DNA of 51,649 bases from Candidatus Hermodarchaeum yapensis (GTDB lineage Archaea > Asgardarchaeota > Hermodarchaeia > Hermodarchaeales > Hermodarchaeaceae), in assembly GCA_016840405.1 (NCBI GenBank), contig JAEOSK010000019.1, positions 1 through 51,649 of the forward strand, in the 5' to 3' direction. This document shows positions 46,370-51,649 of the stretch, piece after piece (positions within the stretch are counted from its first letter, which is position 1; each line of letters begins with the position of its first letter). A program made the position numbers and the translations under genes. Below the pieces are notes generated by a model. The model did no database searches. It was not told where the DNA came from and saw nothing but the letters and a program-made list of their open reading frames with translations.

Positions 46370-47524
46370 ATGACTGAAGAAATCTCCCAAGAACAGGTCA
46401 ACCTTTTTCGAATGGATCGTCAATTTCTCACCAATCGGGCTTCACGAACTCAACTTGTATCAGTCGTGGAACAAGTCTGTGGTATACAGGCACAAATGCC
46501 TGCAGCAGCCCAGCTTCAGCTCTGGGCACGGGTCGATGGATTGAAGCCAAACGATGTCAACAAAGCCCTCTGGGACTCGAAAAGCCTTCTCCGAACATGG
46601 TGTATGCGAGGTACAGCCCATTATATCTTGACACGCAAGTTTCCCGCCTATCTCGAAGCCATCATCAAACCTCGGATTCCACGGCAAAAGGAATGGTTGG
46701 AGAAGCGGGGCATGCGGGAATTCGGTGAAATTTCCAAAATAGATCCTGCTCAACATGATTTTGAAGCCATTAATCAGACAGTAGTAAAAGCGCTTTCAAA
46801 AGGACCCGTGACTCGGGATGAAATGGCGGATATTGTAGAAAAGGAACTAGGTCCAGAAGTACGTCCATGGGTTGATACAGGTTATTATATCGTCACAAAA
46901 CTTCTTGCCTATGAAGGGAAAGTCTGCTTTGGTCCGGATTTGAATGGAAAATCTACTTTGGTTCGAACCGACCAATGGCTTCCAAAACAACCTAGTGTCA
47001 CTCAGGAGACGGCAGAAAACACGATTCTGACCAACTACCTCCGTTGTTATGGTCCCGCAACGCCCCAAGACTTCAGTGCCTGGTCAGGACTCAAAATGAA
47101 CACCGTCAAACCTATCTGGGAACGCATCTCACAACAACTAATAGAAATCACCATCAACGAAAAACCAGCCTGGATTCTCGCAAACGATCTTGACCTTCTT
47201 CGGAAAATTAAGATTAGCTCTCAACCCGTTCGGTTACTCCCACATTTTGATATCTTTCTGCTGGGGCACAAAGACAAAACCCACATCGTCGATGAGACCC
47301 ATTATAAACAGGTGTTTAAGAAAGCAGCATGGATTGCTCCGATCATACTCTTTGATGGACGGGCTATTGGGACGTGGAAGCAGAAACGCACTGCCAAGAA
47401 AGTTATTGTGATCGCAGAGCCCTTTGTTTCCCTTACAAAATCTAAAATTGATGATATTGAAGCTGAAACGCAACGCCTTGCCGACTATTTTGAACTAATG
47501 CCTGAAGTGAAGGTGATGTCTTGA
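46370..47524 (+). CDS. HTH_42 family DNA glycosylase (AlkZ/YcaQ-like)
   Basis: Catalytic QAQ (QxQ) motif, RTWCMRGTAH, YL..YGPAT..DF..WSGL and LLP.FD..LLG motifs. Confidence 0.88.
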   Translation: MTEEISQEQVNLFRMDRQFLTNRASRTQLVSVVEQVCGIQAQMPAAAQLQLWARVDGLKPNDVNKALWDSKSLLRTWCMRGTAHYILTRKFPAYLEAIIKPRIPRQKEWLEKRGMREFGEISKIDPAQHDFEAINQTVVKALSKGPVTRDEMADIVEKELGPEVRPWVDTGYYIVTKLLAYEGKVCFGPDLNGKSTLVRTDQWLPKQPSVTQETAENTILTNYLRCYGPATPQDFSAWSGLKMNTVKPIWERISQQLIEITINEKPAWILANDLDLLRKIKISSQPVRLLPHFDIFLLGHKDKTHIVDETHYKQVFKKAAWIAPIILFDGRAIGTWKQKRTAKKVIVIAEPFVSLTKSKIDDIEAETQRLADYFELMPEVKVMS

Positions 47525-48579
47525 AACCTTACGATGACCTCAGCTATCGGGGTCTCTTACGGAGATTGCGGACACAAGCTCAAGCAGCGCTTGAAGCCTA
47601 CGGGCTTTCCAAAGCGAAAGTCAAATTCCTCAACTACTCAGGTAATACAGCCTACCAGATTGACACAAGAAACATTGCCCTACGAGAGCCTGAAGATGGA
47701 CGATACTGGGAAAACCACTACCTCCTCCGTCTCCATCAATGGCGCTATCAAACCTTCGAGGCCATCCGATCCGAAATGCAATGGTTAGGCGCACTCTGTC
47801 ATGATACTGAATTGATTGTTCCTGAACCAATACCCGCTCAAGACGGCACCTTCGTGACCATTACAGAAGTACCAGGAATCCCCAAACCCCAATACGCCAC
47901 CCTCCTTCGCTGGGTGAAAGGACGCGAATTAACAAAAAATATCCGACCCCGACAATTCCACGCACTAGGTCGAGTGATTGCCAAGCTTCACAACCATACT
48001 AGCCAATGGCAGCCACCCAAGGGATTCTATCGGCAGCACCATGACTGGGATGGACTCTTTTGGGATGGTGGTTTGTTCAGGTTCCCAGCAAGAGAACTTT
48101 GGGCAAATATACCTAAGAAATATCGGGACCCCTTCAATAAAATCACCACCCGGGTTCGAGAGGTTATGGAGATATTGGGTAAAGGTCCTGATGTATTTGG
48201 GCTCATTCATGCTGATTTATACGTTGAAGGGAATGTTCTGTGGTATCACGGTGAAATCCGCCCCGTTGATTTCGATGACACCGCCTTTGGCTACTGGATT
48301 GACGATCTTGCTGTACCCTTATCCTCATGGCAAGACAATAAAGCGAAAGGCCAATTCAAAGTGGCTTTACTCGAAGGATATCAGGAAATGCGATCAATCT
48401 CTGATTTAGAACTAGACCATCTCGACCTCTTTATTGGTGCCCGTTACGCCGTCGAAATGTTGTATGCGGTGAATGCCATGTTGGCAGTTCCTAAATGGGC
48501 GGAGTATGGCAGACGTTGGCTGAATGAGGCTACAGGCAATCTGATAAAATTCCTAGCCAATAATCAGGTGATTCCATGA
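47521..48579 (+). CDS. APH/choline-kinase-fold phosphotransferase
   Basis: YLLRLH, E..WL, LIHADL..GNV and VDFDD motifs; overlaps the upstream stop. Confidence 0.88.
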   Translation: MKPYDDLSYRGLLRRLRTQAQAALEAYGLSKAKVKFLNYSGNTAYQIDTRNIALREPEDGRYWENHYLLRLHQWRYQTFEAIRSEMQWLGALCHDTELIVPEPIPAQDGTFVTITEVPGIPKPQYATLLRWVKGRELTKNIRPRQFHALGRVIAKLHNHTSQWQPPKGFYRQHHDWDGLFWDGGLFRFPARELWANIPKKYRDPFNKITTRVREVMEILGKGPDVFGLIHADLYVEGNVLWYHGEIRPVDFDDTAFGYWIDDLAVPLSSWQDNKAKGQFKVALLEGYQEMRSISDLELDHLDLFIGARYAVEMLYAVNAMLAVPKWAEYGRRWLNEATGNLIKFLANNQVIP

Positions 48580-49502
48580 TATTAGATGAAATCGAGATTA
48601 CTAAATTCTATAACCAGGTTGAAAAACAGTTTGCCAAATGGGCTAAAACTCAGAATCATATCCGCCTTGCAATCGTAGTTGGGTCTCGTGCGCGGACTGA
48701 TGCACCGGCTGATAAATGGTCTGACCTCGATATTGTAATCTATTCAACTGAACCTCAGAAGCTTATTGAGTCAGCTGAATGGGTCAGCAAGTTTGGAAAT
48801 CCAGTTATAACCTTTGTTGAACCAACAGCTGGAGGTTCTGGTGAGACCTATGAGCGCCGGGTATTGTATAATAATGGATTAGATGTTGATTTTGCCGTAG
48901 ATCCCTTCGACGGTGTTCGTGAAGTCCAAAAACATGGCGTGACACCTGAACTCGTCAACGAAACTCGTGATGTCTTAGGTCGGGGAATTCGCGTATTGAT
49001 TGACAAAGAAAATATGATGGATGACTTTCTCAAAGAATATCACGCCATCAAACCACCACCCCCGCACTTCCCCTCCGAACACGAATTTCTTGAACGAGTG
49101 AATGACTTCTGGTATCACGCAGTATGGACTGCAAAGAAACTACGACGCGGCGAATTATGGGAAGGCAAAGCATGCCTTGACTCCTTTATGAAAGGTCGAT
49201 GCCTACTACCACTAATTGAATGGCACGCTCGAGTAACCCAAGACAAGGATTATGACACGTGGTTCAGAGGCCGATTCATGGAACGATGGGCAGACCCCCG
49301 AATTATTGCCGAACTACGCAGTGCCTTTGCACACTACGATGAAGACGATGTCTGGCAAGCACTAGCCAATACTATGCAGCTTTTTCGATGGATAGCTAGA
49401 GAGGTTGCCGAGAAACTCGATTATACCTATCCGAAAGACGCCGATCAATTTGCGAGTCGATGGGTCGATGCCGCCTATTGGGATCGGGGTCCTAACGACT
49501 AA
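48576..49502 (+). CDS. Aminoglycoside 6-adenylyltransferase (AadK/ANT(6))-like nucleotidyltransferase
   Basis: GSRAR....D.WSDLD, NDFW......AK.L.RGE and W..GR..E.W motifs. Confidence 0.88.
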   Translation: MILDEIEITKFYNQVEKQFAKWAKTQNHIRLAIVVGSRARTDAPADKWSDLDIVIYSTEPQKLIESAEWVSKFGNPVITFVEPTAGGSGETYERRVLYNNGLDVDFAVDPFDGVREVQKHGVTPELVNETRDVLGRGIRVLIDKENMMDDFLKEYHAIKPPPPHFPSEHEFLERVNDFWYHAVWTAKKLRRGELWEGKACLDSFMKGRCLLPLIEWHARVTQDKDYDTWFRGRFMERWADPRIIAELRSAFAHYDEDDVWQALANTMQLFRWIAREVAEKLDYTYPKDADQFASRWVDAAYWDRGPND

Positions 49503-49586
49503 GTCAGAGATTCATTCAAGGTTCTATCCCCCCTCCCCCTGTGTGACCCCCACCCCCCTATGGAGTTGGGTCTGTGTTCCTGGTTT

Positions 49587-51629
49587 TTAGGAGGGGGTTT
49601 TTTTGGTGCGTCGGATGGTGATGGATATTGTGATGATTAGAATGATTATGGTGAATAGTATGCCTGTGATGAAGATTGTGCTGTTTAGTGGCTCGAGGAA
49701 GAGGAAGTGGTGCATTATATCTTCGCGGTTCTCTGGGCTCATGAGGGGGTAGGGATCGAAATATGTGGTAACTTCGTTGGAGAAGATGAGGTGGGGCTGG
49801 TCGCCGATTCCATCGTTATTGGCGTCATATCCGGTGTAGTTGGACCAATAGTTAAAGGAGGTCACAGTATCCAGTCCATAGAGGGCGGCATTGATTCTAT
49901 TCCCGTCGAAGATATTGAGTTGGATTCGGGTACCCTGACTACTATTTTGTAATAGTAATCCCTGATAGGCATTCAGGGAAATATTGTTGTTGACAATCGT
50001 GTTATTCTGTCCGTGTACATTGATGCCAATATCTTGATTCTGGGAACAGTTGCAGGATGCTATAGTTATGTTATTACTTTGGTAAAGAGAAATTCCTGAA
50101 TAGCCATTTCGCATACACTGGCTGTTCAAGATTTGTGTGTATTCTACCCCTGACAAATAAATCCCCGCCATCGCATTATCATTACATTGGCAATCCTGAA
50201 TTGAATAAAAGAACGGTAAATCCCAATTTGGAGAGGTTCCTATTGGCCATCCAAAATGGATGCGTATGCCATAGACATTATTATTACACTGGTTAGCTAA
50301 CACTAGAACTGCTCCATCACCGCTAAAGATCGTAATACCTCTACCACACAAGGTGCAAATGTTATCACTTATCAGAATGTTATCACTTTGGTCAACTTGA
50401 ATTCCTGCTTCTGTACAATTATAACAATAATTATTCAAAATTGAGCAATTATGCAAATAGTATCCCCAGATTCCCCAGTCTTTATTAACAAAGGTGTTTC
50501 CACGAATTGTATGATTCTCTCCACGCCATACAGAGATTCCCCCGTGGGGTCCTAAACACCGTTCTCCAATAATTGTGAAGGAATGTCCCCCAGAAATTGT
50601 CATATCACGGAATCGTGATAGCCAGGTATTATTGAAGAAAGCGAGATTTGCACCATTAAAAGTGCGGATGAATCCTTCGCAATTTTCGATTCGGATATTA
50701 GTGCAATTGAGAAGAATGAATTGTCCTTTTTCGTTTGAAATTTGAATACCTTGGTCTCCAAACTTATAATGGAGGTCTTCACCATCGACTGTATTATTTT
50801 CTACTAGGACCTGTGGAGAGTCAATATAATATTCAGACTTTTGTATTACATTCCCAGTTATAGTATTCATGTTGGACTCGTCAAATTTCATACCATAAAA
50901 CGCACCCAAATTGCTTCTTGCATATGTGTTATTAGCTACGAGATTGCCGGATGAATTGTATAGGTCAATTGCAGTTGCCCTAGTATTTTGACAAGTGTTA
51001 TTGACAACTTGGTTATGGTGGCTCATCCGTAATTTTACTGAATAATTATTATCGCTGAAAATATTGTTAGCAATTGAGGACTGATTTACACCAGTAAGAC
51101 GAATACCATCATGTATATTCGAAGAAAAAGTGTTATTTTCAACCAATCCATTGATAAGATAACTCAGAGAAATTCCGTTTCGACAATTAAGAATAGAACA
51201 ATTACGTATCACAAAAAATACGCTTGTATTGTGAATATTAATACCAAAATAATACAAGGTTGAGACGGAGCCATTGATTATTAGATTTTCAATGCGATAA
51301 GGGTCATTTTGAGTGCCAGAACCTGGCCACCCTTGCTGTCCAAAATCAGTATCATTACTAATAACAATTGAATCGTGTGACGGTGGATCAAGTGAATAGG
51401 TTACCTCATCATTATCGAAAGGATAAGTTGATTCGGAAAAAGGGAGATGTTTCGACTCATAGAATATCCGGTTCGCCACAATTTGTTTAGGTCCGAAACC
51501 GTAGGGTTTTCGTGCTTCGCTGCCAATTATAAATCGTTGACTAGACGGGTGAGTCAATAACCCAACCGGGTAAGGGAGGAGAATACACACAAGAATTACT
51601 ATACTACTTTTGATTACTTTCCTAAGCAT
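49587..51629 (-). CDS. NosD/CASH right-handed beta-helix surface protein with C-terminal TM anchor
   Basis: GSGTQNDPYRIENL, many 'GI.L..S.NN.I.NN....N' repeats, NYWSNY.G.D.N.DGIGD.P, C-terminal TM followed by basic residues. Confidence 0.88.
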   Translation of the reverse strand: MLRKVIKSSIVILVCILLPYPVGLLTHPSSQRFIIGSEARKPYGFGPKQIVANRIFYESKHLPFSESTYPFDNDEVTYSLDPPSHDSIVISNDTDFGQQGWPGSGTQNDPYRIENLIINGSVSTLYYFGINIHNTSVFFVIRNCSILNCRNGISLSYLINGLVENNTFSSNIHDGIRLTGVNQSSIANNIFSDNNYSVKLRMSHHNQVVNNTCQNTRATAIDLYNSSGNLVANNTYARSNLGAFYGMKFDESNMNTITGNVIQKSEYYIDSPQVLVENNTVDGEDLHYKFGDQGIQISNEKGQFILLNCTNIRIENCEGFIRTFNGANLAFFNNTWLSRFRDMTISGGHSFTIIGERCLGPHGGISVWRGENHTIRGNTFVNKDWGIWGYYLHNCSILNNYCYNCTEAGIQVDQSDNILISDNICTLCGRGITIFSGDGAVLVLANQCNNNVYGIRIHFGWPIGTSPNWDLPFFYSIQDCQCNDNAMAGIYLSGVEYTQILNSQCMRNGYSGISLYQSNNITIASCNCSQNQDIGINVHGQNNTIVNNNISLNAYQGLLLQNSSQGTRIQLNIFDGNRINAALYGLDTVTSFNYWSNYTGYDANNDGIGDQPHLIFSNEVTTYFDPYPLMSPENREDIMHHFLFLEPLNSTIFITGILFTIIILIITISITIRRTKKTPS

Positions 51630-51649
51630 TCCCTTAAACCCATATGAGC

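Noticed and set aside
49520-49600. C-rich/G-rich segment between convergent genes as G-quadruplex or ncRNA
   Set aside because: Short, and sufficiently explained by a GACCC/GGGTC hairpin and local compositional skew at gene ends.

Overview
Archaeal chromosomal window, most likely an Asgard archaeon. This is inferred from archaeal BRE/TATA promoters, GGTGA Shine-Dalgarno sites, CdhE, TackOD1 domains, a longin/uDENN-like domain and a giant Ig-repeat surface protein. It has about 42 protein genes. These include nadA-nadC-nadE, dodecin, Fe-S proteins, two ABC systems, RidA, a FabK/nitronate-monooxygenase-like flavoenzyme, two GNATs, PadR, PfkB and cdhE. It also has a 2687-aa surface protein, a split PEP-synthase-like phosphotransferase cluster interrupted by an 8-PAS sensor, an AlkZ-APH-ANT(6) detoxification operon and a NosD-like beta-helix protein. 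The most unusual region is 9.4-17.6 kb, where four minus-strand regulator or receptor genes each diverge from a short plus-strand transcript. These transcripts are: (i) a stand-alone IS607-type TnpB omegaRNA-like RNA with its own TATA box and no tnpB nearby; (ii) a second structured ~265-nt RNA that is complementary to the 3' 'guide' tail of the first; (iii) an 88-aa ORF; and (iv) an unannotated 52-aa secreted pro-peptide-like ORF followed by a longin-TackOD1 fusion. A second, degenerate IS200/IS605 right-end/omegaRNA overlaps the stop codon of the PAS gene. No rRNA, tRNA, CRISPR array or transposase was recognised. All family calls come from motif recognition by eye, not database searches.
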